64,000 nucleotides of DNA from an uncultured Candidatus Saccharibacteria bacterium (GTDB taxonomy: Bacteria > Patescibacteriota > Minisyncoccia > Phycocordibacterales > UBA6065). The stretch lies in contig CAYJCZ010000005.1 of assembly GCA_964368835.1 (NCBI GenBank), positions 43,695 through 107,694 on the forward strand, given 5' to 3'. A program made the position numbers and the translations under genes. Of this stretch, positions 17,034-27,208 are shown one piece after another; position 1 is the first letter of the stretch; each line of letters opens with the position of its first letter. A model generated the notes under the pieces. That model saw only the letters and a program-made list of their open reading frames with translations. It was not told the origin of the DNA and searched no databases.

Positions 17034-19802
17034 CTACTGACAAGAATCGCACTGGGCAAGTTCAGCTGGATCAGTTGGGCACGTTTTATTGCCAGCGATT
17101 ATAACACGAGGTTTTTTAACTTCCACTGCCTCCGTATCCGATGATGTTACCTGTGAAGCAAGCGATGCAAGTGACTGGTATCCAGCTGTAGCTTTTGCCT
17201 CTTCTACTTTTGGTGCCACTGGAGCAGAAACTGTATTTACTTTGTTTATATTCCAAGACACGACTGGTGCACGTACTGGATCTGGTGCTTTGAATTGTTC
17301 CTGTACTGGCTGCTTTTCAAGAACAGACTCTACAACTGGTGCGACCATCGGCGCAGGCTCTACGATATCGAGTGATTTTTGAAGAGGAACATTGAACGCT
17401 CCTTTCTTTTCGTTGAGTCCTGAAGCAACAGAAGCAAATCCTACCTTACCCATCTTTTCTGCTTTGTTAACACGTACAGTTGATTGTTCAGCTGTATGTC
17501 GAGGTTCCATATGAAGATAATATGTAGTCTTTACACCCTTTTCCCAAGCTGCGGTATAAATTTTCATCGTCTCATCAATATCTCGCGTTCGCAGATACAT
17601 GTTTCGGGAAATCGCCTGGTCAATCCATTTCTGTGCACGTGCAGCCACTTCTATAAATGCGTACGGAGATGTAGTGAATGAAGTCTTGTAGATATCTTTA
17701 ACGTGCTGTGGAATACCTTCGATTGTTTCAAGATTTCCTTGGCTTGCAATAATTTGTTCACGAACCTTTTCCCAAATACCCATGTTCTTGAGATCTTTAA
17801 CAAGGTTATGGTTTATATCCATGTACTTACCAGAAATCTTGTTTCGAGAGAACACCTGAGCGAAACGAGGATCCATACCCGGAGTTGTTCCAGCAACGAG
17901 ACCAATGTTTGCATTAGGAGCGATCGCCATGAGCGTTGCGTTTCGCATTCCCCTCTTAACTTTTGAGCGAAGAAGATCCCAATTGAGTCCCTTGTGGCGA
18001 GATTCTTTTGAAACTGTAACAGGTCGACCTCGATCTGCTTCGAGTACCTTGATCGTGTCGACTGGCACTTCTCCTTTTGACCACCTTGAGCCTTCGAAAT
18101 TTTTATATGAGCCGCGGACCTGAGCGAGGTTTGCTGATTCATCAATTGCCATATATGAAACGAATTCAAATATACGATCAGCAAAATCCCATGCGTGTTC
18201 AGAATCGTATGACATTCCAAGCTGCTCAATCGCATCGGCAAAACCCATGACACCAAGACCAATTGCTCGATTTTCTTTGTCTGACTTAACTGCTTCTGGA
18301 ATTGGAAGTTTGTTGATATCAATCAAGTTATCAAGCTGACGAACCGCGAGTCGAACAGACTCTTCTAACTTTGCCCAGTTAATTTCTTTGTTATTTATAT
18401 GACCAGCGAGATTGACGGAGATAAGGTTACAGACCGCAACGTTATCTTTGTCCTGTGGAAGACAAATTTCCGTACAAAGGTTCGACATATGAATCGTTCC
18501 TGTATTGTTGTTGAGAGCACGGAGGTTTATAGGATCCTTCCATGTAATCCATGGATGTGATGTGGACTGAAGTGAAGTGAGAATAAGTCTCCACTGCTCT
18601 GATGCTGGAACCTTCTTGTAGGTTCGAAGTTCGCCTCGCTCTGCCTTTGCGACATATTCCTTATACTTTTCTGAGAAAGCTGAACCATAGAGTTCATTGA
18701 GCTCTGGAGTTTCAGATGGGTCAAACATGTACCAATCCTGGCCTGAAATAACACGCTTCATGAATTCATCAGAAAGATATGCTGATGTGTTCGCTGTTCT
18801 CATACGGAGATAGTCATCGCCTGCATTGTGCTTCCAATCAATAAATTCTGGGAAATCGAGGTGCCAGTTCTCCATATAGAAACACAACGCACCTTTTTTC
18901 TTACCTCCTCGCTGAATTGCTCGAATTGCAGTATCGATAATTTTCGCAAATGTTGTAGGACCTGTTGAAACACCACCGAAGTTTGATTTGAGTGGAGATC
19001 CTGAAGAGCGAAGCTTTGTGATCGATGCACCGATGCCACCAGAACCTTTTGAAAGAAGCATCACATCTGATACTGACTTTGCAATGTGCTCCATGTTGTC
19101 ATGAATCTCAAGAAGGAAGCAGTTAGAAAGTGACGGTCGATTTGTTCCTGCGCCAACATTTGTCGAACCACCTGCGATGAACTCATGCTTCGACATCTTG
19201 TTATAGAACCTAATCGCCCACTCTGTAGGGTTTGCTTCGTTGTATGAAAGCCCCATCGCGATTCGCATAAAAAGGTACTGCGGAGTTTCCACCATTTCCT
19301 GCTTTACGTTTCGAATTGAATATCGATTCATCAAGCCATCAAGACCTGAGTAGAGAAAAAGCTCGTCACGGGTAACATCTAATGCGTTGGCGAGCTTTGG
19401 TAAGTCATATTTAAGCATATCAGGATGGAGTCGGTTTTCTGCGACACCTTTCTGGATATACTCGATAAACCCGGCCTCGTGTTTACTCCTCAAATCCTCA
19501 GGACTTGCAGTATCATAGTCGCCAATCACCTTCTTATAGATAGTCTTAAGGAGAAGTCGCGTTGCAACTTTATCAAAATCAGTATCGTCTTTGATATTTT
19601 GAATTGCTGCGTTAATAGTCGCCTTGTCGAGTTCCTCTGTAGTCATGCCATCATACATAGTCACCCGCGTATCGGTGGCTATTTGGGTCACAAGCGAAAT
19701 TGGATCTGCGAGACCCACACACGCTCTCTCTATCGAACGATTGATTTTGTTCGCATTAAACAATTCCTTCGTACCGTCTCGCTTGGTTATGAAGATATTC
19801 AT
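17034..19802 (-). CDS. nrdA: Ribonucleotide reductase class I alpha subunit with an N-terminal ATP-cone and an extended low-complexity C-terminal region
   Basis: The ATP-cone 'MNIFITKRDGTKELFNANKINRSIERACVGL', the catalytic core ('NLCTEI', 'GLGVMGFADA'), about 165 low-complexity residues rich in A/P/V/S, and a terminal 'CPTDPAELAQCDSCQ' that is the probable shuttle-Cys tail. Confidence 0.9.
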   Translation of the reverse strand: MNIFITKRDGTKELFNANKINRSIERACVGLADPISLVTQIATDTRVTMYDGMTTEELDKATINAAIQNIKDDTDFDKVATRLLLKTIYKKVIGDYDTASPEDLRSKHEAGFIEYIQKGVAENRLHPDMLKYDLPKLANALDVTRDELFLYSGLDGLMNRYSIRNVKQEMVETPQYLFMRIAMGLSYNEANPTEWAIRFYNKMSKHEFIAGGSTNVGAGTNRPSLSNCFLLEIHDNMEHIAKSVSDVMLLSKGSGGIGASITKLRSSGSPLKSNFGGVSTGPTTFAKIIDTAIRAIQRGGKKKGALCFYMENWHLDFPEFIDWKHNAGDDYLRMRTANTSAYLSDEFMKRVISGQDWYMFDPSETPELNELYGSAFSEKYKEYVAKAERGELRTYKKVPASEQWRLILTSLQSTSHPWITWKDPINLRALNNNTGTIHMSNLCTEICLPQDKDNVAVCNLISVNLAGHINNKEINWAKLEESVRLAVRQLDNLIDINKLPIPEAVKSDKENRAIGLGVMGFADAIEQLGMSYDSEHAWDFADRIFEFVSYMAIDESANLAQVRGSYKNFEGSRWSKGEVPVDTIKVLEADRGRPVTVSKESRHKGLNWDLLRSKVKRGMRNATLMAIAPNANIGLVAGTTPGMDPRFAQVFSRNKISGKYMDINHNLVKDLKNMGIWEKVREQIIASQGNLETIEGIPQHVKDIYKTSFTTSPYAFIEVAARAQKWIDQAISRNMYLRTRDIDETMKIYTAAWEKGVKTTYYLHMEPRHTAEQSTVRVNKAEKMGKVGFASVASGLNEKKGAFNVPLQKSLDIVEPAPMVAPVVESVLEKQPVQEQFKAPDPVRAPVVSWNINKVNTVSAPVAPKVEEAKATAGYQSLASLASQVTSSDTEAVEVKKPRVIIAGNKTCPTDPAELAQCDSCQ

Positions 19803-20081
19803 GAAACTACAGATACTTATAAAATTTATAATACTCGCTCAAGGGATTCTTTCTATCGAAAAATTACGCTCAATCATTTTACATGAGCTATGATTCAAAA
19901 AGAATACGTTTTTCTACTTAAAATCCGTTACGACATGGGAGATGTTTGTTGGCAAACCAAGATTTGTGCGACATCCATAGGGGCGCTTAAAACCTTTAGA
20001 TTTTAGGAATGTCCTTTACGACCTTTTAAGAAAAAATCCTACGGAAGAATGTAATTTAAGACATCTGTGGATATTTTTGTA

Positions 20082-20104
20082 CAAAAAAATCGCCTATGCG
20101 CGAT
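20082..20104 (-). terminator. Intrinsic terminator after the DUF192 gene (minus strand)
   Basis: Hairpin atcgc-ctatgc-gcgat followed on the minus strand by TTTTTTT. Confidence 0.5.
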
Positions 20105-20149
20105 CTTTTCCCACCAAAAATATATAAAAAAAATATTTTCCCACCAACA

Positions 20150-20638
20150 TTACTTCAAAATAATCTCATCTCCAATTTTTACACCCAATTGATCCACTGT
20201 CCCAGAATTAAATTCAAGAACATACAAAGATTTTTCTCCCGCTGAAAAAGATTTTGGAAATGTCTCAGGAGAGACAGCTTTTTCAATGCCGACAACAGAT
20301 TTATTTTTATCAAGCCAAACCATATCAATAGAAAATTTCATGTCTTTCATCCAAAAATCCCACATCCCCTCGTTCTCAAAAATAAAAAGCATTGCTTCAT
20401 CGTCATGAAGCTTGGAAAAACCACTAAGACCTCGAGAACGAAGCTCTCCCGTGTCAGAAACAAAGGCAGAAAATGTGCTGCTGGCAATAACAACCGAAAC
20501 CTCCTTATATGAGAGATCTCGCGGAGATGTTACGACGGTTTGTTTTTCGGAGCTTTCGTCTTGGTTCCAAGCTGAGTACAGCACACCACCACATATGAGA
20601 ACGAATATGATTCCTCCTAAAAAATATTTCTTCGGCAT
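20150..20638 (-). CDS. DUF192 (COG1430) family protein with an N-terminal signal anchor
   Basis: C-terminal '...MWDFWMKDMKFSIDMVWLDKNKSVVGI...SLYVLEFNSGTVDQLGVKIGDEI' fits the DUF192 pattern. Confidence 0.6.
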   Translation of the reverse strand: MPKKYFLGGIIFVLICGGVLYSAWNQDESSEKQTVVTSPRDLSYKEVSVVIASSTFSAFVSDTGELRSRGLSGFSKLHDDEAMLFIFENEGMWDFWMKDMKFSIDMVWLDKNKSVVGIEKAVSPETFPKSFSAGEKSLYVLEFNSGTVDQLGVKIGDEIILK

Positions 20639-22072
20639 TTATGAAATAAGCGAAAGAAGCATTGTCTTTAATACTTCTGGGTTTGCAGAACCTTTTGATT
20701 TCTTCATTCCCTGACCAACAAGGAACATAAGTGATGCCTGTTTTCCATTTTTGTATTCAGTGACCGCCTGTGGGTTTTCTGCAATGACCTCCTCTGCGAT
20801 CTTTTTTATAGCACCCTCATCTGATTTCTGAATGAGACCATTTTTGTCAGCAATTTTTTCTGCGTCACCTCCCTGTTCAAACATAATCGCAAGAGTATCT
20901 TTTGCTCCACGAGAAGAAATAGTTTTCTTTTCAATAAGAGTAATGAGTTTTGCAAATTCCTTTGCATTAAATGGCAGAAGAGTAATCTCTGCCTCCTTTC
21001 CTTCTCCATGCTTCTTTTTTATAAGACCCAATATATCTGATGAAATATAATTTGAAGCAAGAAGCACTGATTCTTTTTTATCGCCGAGCGCTTTTGCTGA
21101 TTCTTCAAAAAATGTTCCTACTTCAGGAATGGTCACGTAAATATAGACATCGGTCGGTTTAAGACCAAGTTTTGTATAGCGCTCTCGTTTCTCCCACGGC
21201 AACTCAGGAAGCGACTTTTTGAGATTCTCTAGAGAGAACTCTGGTATTTCTGAAATTTTGAGCTTTGGCAGATCAGGATCTGGAAAATATCTATAATCAT
21301 GGCTGTCTTCCTTCTTTCTTTGAGAGAAAGTCTTACCCTTGTTATCGTCCCAACCACGAGTTTCCTGCTCGATTTTGCCGCCTGATTCTAGGACTTCGAT
21401 ATGGCGCTTTATTTCATACTCAGTCGCCTTTTCAGCGGCCTTGAATGAACCAATGTTTTTAACTTCTACCTTGGTACCAAGTTTGTCTGTAGGTGAAACC
21501 GATACGTTCACTTCGAGTCTCATCTCACCCTTTTCCATATTTGCATCAGACACACCGAGAGTTCGTAAGAGAAGCTGAAGTTCTCGTCCAAAATTTCCTA
21601 CCTCCTCAGCAGAATGTATTACGGGCTCCGTAACCAGTTCCATAAGCGGCACACCAGCTCGGTTGAAATCAACAAGAGAATAATCTCCTTCATCATGACC
21701 CGATGATGCTGTGTCTTCTTCTAGGTGAACACGTGTAATTTTTACACCAGCAACTTCTCCGCCTGAAACGAGCGGATATTTATACTGAGAAAGCTGATAG
21801 CCTTTTGGAATATCTGGATAAAAATAATTCTTTCGATCAAATTCAGTAAAGTCTGCGAGCTTTGCATTAATAGCGGCGCCGACACGGAGCACGGACTCTA
21901 CTGCCTTTTTATTTATGACAGGCAACGTTCCCGGATGGCCCATACACACAGGACAGACGTGCTCGTTTGGCTTTGCGTTAAACGGATCGTTTTTAGAATC
22001 GCAGAACATCTTTGTCTGCGTCTTAAGCTCAGCGTGTATTTCGAGGCCGATCGTTGCCTTATACGTTTTCAT
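20639..22072 (-). CDS. gatB: Asp/Glu-tRNA(Asn/Gln) amidotransferase subunit B
   Basis: 'IGLEIHAELKTQTKMFC...CPVCMGHPGTLPVINKKAVE' and a C-terminal YqeY-like domain; collinear with B. subtilis GatB. Confidence 0.9.
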   Translation of the reverse strand: MKTYKATIGLEIHAELKTQTKMFCDSKNDPFNAKPNEHVCPVCMGHPGTLPVINKKAVESVLRVGAAINAKLADFTEFDRKNYFYPDIPKGYQLSQYKYPLVSGGEVAGVKITRVHLEEDTASSGHDEGDYSLVDFNRAGVPLMELVTEPVIHSAEEVGNFGRELQLLLRTLGVSDANMEKGEMRLEVNVSVSPTDKLGTKVEVKNIGSFKAAEKATEYEIKRHIEVLESGGKIEQETRGWDDNKGKTFSQRKKEDSHDYRYFPDPDLPKLKISEIPEFSLENLKKSLPELPWEKRERYTKLGLKPTDVYIYVTIPEVGTFFEESAKALGDKKESVLLASNYISSDILGLIKKKHGEGKEAEITLLPFNAKEFAKLITLIEKKTISSRGAKDTLAIMFEQGGDAEKIADKNGLIQKSDEGAIKKIAEEVIAENPQAVTEYKNGKQASLMFLVGQGMKKSKGSANPEVLKTMLLSLIS

Positions 22073-22080
22073 TACTTTAA

Positions 22081-23052
22081 TTATATCTCGCGGAGAGTCT
22101 TCACCAAATCATCTTTAAGAGTCTTTACTCGTTCATCATCAAGTACAGATACAGCAAACACTTCTTTATTAAGTTTTTTCGCTTCCTTTATTTTTGCTTT
22201 AAGCGTTTTCTCGTCAACAAGATCTGTCTTTGTAAGAAGAATGATTTCTTTTTTCGTTCCAAGTTCTTCTGAGTAATTCTCAAGCTCTTTTCGAATAGTT
22301 TTGTATGCAGTTGCAAGGTCTTCGTTCTCGAGAGAAATACAATGAAGGATCATCTTTGTACGAGCAATATGTCGGAGGAATTTATCTCCAAGACCCTTTC
22401 CGTCTGATGCACCTTCAATAAGTCCTGGAATGTCGGCCAAAATAAATTTATGCATTTCACCAAGGCTCGGCTCAAGTGTTGTGAATTGATACGCCGCGAC
22501 TTTTGACTTTGCATTTGTAAGCGCGTTCAAAAGCGATGACTTGCCTGCATTTGGAAATCCTACAAATCCTGCGTCTACAACGAGTTTGAGGACAACATGA
22601 AAATCTCCTTCTTCGCCGTTGCGGCCTTCAGTCGTTTGCTCTGGTCTCTGGTTGGTTGAAGCTTTGAAGTGTTCATTACCAAGTCCATAGCGTCCACCTT
22701 TAAGAATCTGAACTCGTTCCCCTTCTTTCAATAACTCAAAAGACTGTTGAGTGTCTTTGTTATACACAACAGATCCGATAGGCAGCTTAATAATGAGATC
22801 ATCGCCGTTTTTCCCATCCATCGATTTTTTGTTTCCGTTTCCACCGTTCTCAGCTTCAATGACCTTGGTATTTCGGTAATTAACCAAAATACTGATATCT
22901 CGAACAGCCTCAACATATACGTCGGCTCCTTTTCCGCCATTTCCACCGGCAGGACCCATGAACTCCTTACCCTTCTCATGAAGCCAGCGCACAACGCCAT
23001 CACCGCCCTTGCCTGCTTTTACGTGAAATTCAACTTCGTCAATAAATGCCAT
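22081..23052 (-). CDS. obgE: GTPase ObgE/CgtA
   Basis: An Obg fold 'MAFIDEVEFHVKAGKGGDGVVRW...GPAGGNGGKGADVYVEAV' followed by a G domain 'GFVGFPNAGKSSLL'. The track ORF is extended to 23157, but the Met at 23052 matches the canonical Obg N-terminus. Confidence 0.9.
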   Translation of the reverse strand: MAFIDEVEFHVKAGKGGDGVVRWLHEKGKEFMGPAGGNGGKGADVYVEAVRDISILVNYRNTKVIEAENGGNGNKKSMDGKNGDDLIIKLPIGSVVYNKDTQQSFELLKEGERVQILKGGRYGLGNEHFKASTNQRPEQTTEGRNGEEGDFHVVLKLVVDAGFVGFPNAGKSSLLNALTNAKSKVAAYQFTTLEPSLGEMHKFILADIPGLIEGASDGKGLGDKFLRHIARTKMILHCISLENEDLATAYKTIRKELENYSEELGTKKEIILLTKTDLVDEKTLKAKIKEAKKLNKEVFAVSVLDDERVKTLKDDLVKTLREI

Positions 23053-23092
23053 AGAGCTATAAACTACATCATAATCAAGAATAAATAAAGGA

Positions 23093-23121
23093 AAGGCCGT
23101 TGCGAAATGTTCGCAACGGCC
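23093..23121 (-). terminator. Strong hairpin (12-bp stem) plus a T-tract on the minus strand, about 40 nt upstream of the obgE ATG
   Basis: ggccgttgcgaa-atgt-ttcgcaacggcc, followed on the minus strand by TTTCCTTTATTTATT. Confidence 0.5.
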
Positions 23122-23319
23122 CGATTCAAACGACAGGTCTTGAAGACCTGGACCCACAACCAGAAACCAGTGACTAGTCTACGCCTCTAACCAAAGAACA
23201 AAAACCGATGGACCACCGGAGTGAGAGGATTACTCCGGTGGTCCCCGCCACGGTTGGCGTGCCAGACTAAGACCACCTTAGCATTTGCATTATACAAAGA
23301 AAGATAAAAACCGCAAGAG

Positions 23320-23664
23320 CTACTTGAGTTTCGATACCACCCAGTTCATTGCTGAAATAACGAGCGCGCCAAAAAATGCAGCTTTGTAAGAATCAACATC
23401 AAAACCCGGCGTTCGCAAAGCGACAAACCAAAGCATTGCTGCATTCACCACAAGTCCAAATAAACCAAGCGTAACGATGTTTACTGGAAGCGTTATCAAA
23501 CTTACGATCGGTTTTATCAAAAGATTTGCAAGCGCAAGCACCACCGTCGCCAAAAGCGCGTATTTAAATCCCTCAACAGTAATCCCTGGAATAAAATGCG
23601 GAAGTGCCATTATCGTAAAGCCGATAATGATCACTTTGAGTGTAATTCTGGCCAACACTTTCAT
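23320..23664 (-). CDS. DUF360/YvlD-like small membrane protein ('phage holin family 4'-like)
   Basis: A 114-aa protein with 4 TM helices and a Gly-rich helix pattern typical of the COG1950/DUF360 family. Confidence 0.5.
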   Translation of the reverse strand: MKVLARITLKVIIIGFTIMALPHFIPGITVEGFKYALLATVVLALANLLIKPIVSLITLPVNIVTLGLFGLVVNAAMLWFVALRTPGFDVDSYKAAFFGALVISAMNWVVSKLK

Positions 23665-23736
23665 AAGGAAAAGTATACCATGTAAAGTATTACGTATTCC
23701 CCAAAATCCTATATAATGGGGCCCTGTTACAAATAG

Positions 23737-25029
<1,293 letters not shown>

Positions 25030-25035
25030 GAAATG

Positions 25036-25075
25036 AAAAAGCCGCCGTGCTCTGCACGGCGGCTTTGATTTTGGA
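25036..25075. terminator. Bidirectional intrinsic terminator between eno (+) and the 25079-25585 gene (-)
   Basis: Hairpin gccgccgtgc-tctg-cacggcggc followed by TTTGATTTTGG; the mirrored T-run lies on the minus strand. Confidence 0.65.
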
Positions 25076-25078
25076 AAG

Positions 25079-25585
25079 TCAGTCATCACGACTGCAGAGA
25101 TAATAATCTCTCAGCGCCGGCGTGAGCAAATCCAAATCGTATGCCAACTGTAACGGAATGTGGAGCTCGAACTCACCATTCCTTTCATGCTCCTTAACAC
25201 CGATGCGCCGGATGATTTCCGGGAGTGCCTCGAAGTCAATCTGAGTACAACACATGTAGCAGGACTGCTCGTCGCTACAACGGCATTCACCATGAAGACC
25301 GTGCGTATGGACTTCTTCAGGAACATCATCAGTCTGGATGAAAACACGCTCCTTGTGCTGATTGATTCGGACTTCGTTCTCAATCTCGTCCGGATCAGTT
25401 TCTTGCAACAGAAGCTCCTGGTCCATACCACGAGCCAAGTGCCGATTCCGACCAAAGGGATCCCGTGACGCTGCCTCAAGCCGAGTGAGTATATCTTCTT
25501 CTTTCTGAGCAACCCTTACGAGCGCTCGCCTATCCTGTCTCGATAGAACTGAATTTTCAGACATAACTGTTTTCGATTTTTCCAA
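25079..25585 (-). CDS. Hypothetical acidic protein with a Cys/His cluster (orphan; locally elevated GC)
   Basis: A 168-aa ORF with no recognisable domain and a cluster 'HTHGLHGECRCSDEQSCYMCC'. Local GC is about 50% against about 40% in the flanks. The likely start is the 'MSENSV' Met. Confidence 0.4.
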   Translation of the reverse strand: MEKSKTVMSENSVLSRQDRRALVRVAQKEEDILTRLEAASRDPFGRNRHLARGMDQELLLQETDPDEIENEVRINQHKERVFIQTDDVPEEVHTHGLHGECRCSDEQSCYMCCTQIDFEALPEIIRRIGVKEHERNGEFELHIPLQLAYDLDLLTPALRDYYLCSRDD

Positions 25586-25693
25586 CGTTTACTGATTCGA
25601 TTTTTGGGGAACTGACTCAGTTGTAAACATTACAACTCTACACATGTAACGTCAAGCACAACTTCTGCCTAAATTTTGTACAATGAAGGCCTT

Positions 25694-27208
25694 ATGAAAA
25701 CGTTCAAACAGACGGTGCTTATTGTTCTTGATGGCTGGGGCTACCGCGAAGATCCACAAAACAACGCTGTTTCCGCAGCAAAAAAGCCTTTCTTTGACCA
25801 TATTTGGAAAGAGTATCCCCATACCCTTCTCGAAGCATCAGGCCTTGATGTAGGACTTCCTGAAGGACAAATGGGCAACAGCGAAATCGGCCACACGACT
25901 ATCGGAGCAGGTACAGTTATTGATACAGACCTTGTTCGTATAAAAAAATCGATAGACCTCGGAGAATTCGAAAAAATTCCTGCCTTTGTTGAACTTTTTG
26001 ATCACGTAAAAAGAAACAACTCGACTCTTCACGTAAAAGGACTTCTCGGAACAGGTGGCGTACATGCTCACCAAGATCATTTGGTTGCATTTGTGCAGGC
26101 GGCCAAGCATGCAGGCATTCGAAACATTGCGATCCATGTATATACCGATGGACGAGATACAGCACCGCAATCTTCTGCTCAGTTTTTGAAAAATCTTGAG
26201 TCGGATTTAGAAAAGATTGGAGTCGGATTTATAGCAACAGCTACTGGCCGTTTTTATGCTATGGATAGAGATAATAATTGGGATCGTGTAAAGCGTGCCG
26301 AAGAAGCACTGTTTGAATGCAAAGGAACTGTATGCAAACCAGGCGATATTCCATCAGAAGTTGTTTCAAAGCTACACGCCCAGGGAATCATCGATGAACA
26401 TCTAGAACCGCTTATTTTTGTTGATAAAACTGGAAAAAGCTTCCCCATCAAAGCTCATGACGGTGTATTCTTCTTTAACTTTCGTGCAGATCGCGCTCGC
26501 ATGATCTCAAGGAAAATGATTGAAAAGGCACAGAAAGAAGATATTGCGTTTGTTACACTCACTGAGTACGACAAAACTTTTGCCTGCAAAGTTGCCTTTC
26601 CTCCTCGCACAATAGAAACCACAATCGCAAAAGAAGTCTCAGGGGCTCACATGACACAGGCCCATATCGCTGAAACAGAGAAATTTCCTCACGCAACATA
26701 TTTCCTTAATGGTGGAATCGAGGAAAAATATCCAGGTGAAAAACATATACTTTTGGATTCGCGAAAGGATGTAAAAACTCATGACCAAGCACCTGAAATG
26801 CGAGCCGAAGCAATCGCGGACAAAGCAATCGAAGAAATAGAAGCAGGCTCAAACTTTATCTTTATAAACTTTGCGAACCCTGACATGGTTGGTCATACCG
26901 CAAATGTCCCAGCTATCATACGTGCTGTTGAAACAGTAGACACTCAGCTTAAGCGTGTCATTACAGCACTCGAAAAAAGCGGAGGAATTGCCTTTGTTAC
27001 AGCTGACCACGGAAACGCCGAAGTAAATATTGATCCATTAACCGGTGAGAAGCACACAGCGCATACTATTAATCCCGTACCTGCAATTCTTACGTCCAAA
27101 GATGTCAAAGTAACATCAGGAGGTCTTGCAGACATCGCTCCAACAATTCTTGCTCTCCTTGGCATCAAAAAGCCAAAAGGTATGACAGGAAAAATACTCG
27201 TTAGTTAG
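25694..27208 (+). CDS. gpmI: 2,3-bisphosphoglycerate-independent phosphoglycerate mutase
   Basis: 'VLIVLDGWGYRED...GNSEIGHTTIGAG' with a metalloenzyme/alkaline-phosphatase core. The start was chosen at 'MKTFKQT'. Confidence 0.9.
   Translation: MKTFKQTVLIVLDGWGYREDPQNNAVSAAKKPFFDHIWKEYPHTLLEASGLDVGLPEGQMGNSEIGHTTIGAGTVIDTDLVRIKKSIDLGEFEKIPAFVELFDHVKRNNSTLHVKGLLGTGGVHAHQDHLVAFVQAAKHAGIRNIAIHVYTDGRDTAPQSSAQFLKNLESDLEKIGVGFIATATGRFYAMDRDNNWDRVKRAEEALFECKGTVCKPGDIPSEVVSKLHAQGIIDEHLEPLIFVDKTGKSFPIKAHDGVFFFNFRADRARMISRKMIEKAQKEDIAFVTLTEYDKTFACKVAFPPRTIETTIAKEVSGAHMTQAHIAETEKFPHATYFLNGGIEEKYPGEKHILLDSRKDVKTHDQAPEMRAEAIADKAIEEIEAGSNFIFINFANPDMVGHTANVPAIIRAVETVDTQLKRVITALEKSGGIAFVTADHGNAEVNIDPLTGEKHTAHTINPVPAILTSKDVKVTSGGLADIAPTILALLGIKKPKGMTGKILVS

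Noticed and set aside
23105-23290. Possible SRP RNA, tmRNA or tRNA in the hairpin-rich obgE leader
   Set aside because: No GGAA/GNRA domain IV motif, no TTCGA T-loop, no tmRNA resume/tag frame, and no cloverleaf could be built. The class is left open and reported as a finding instead.
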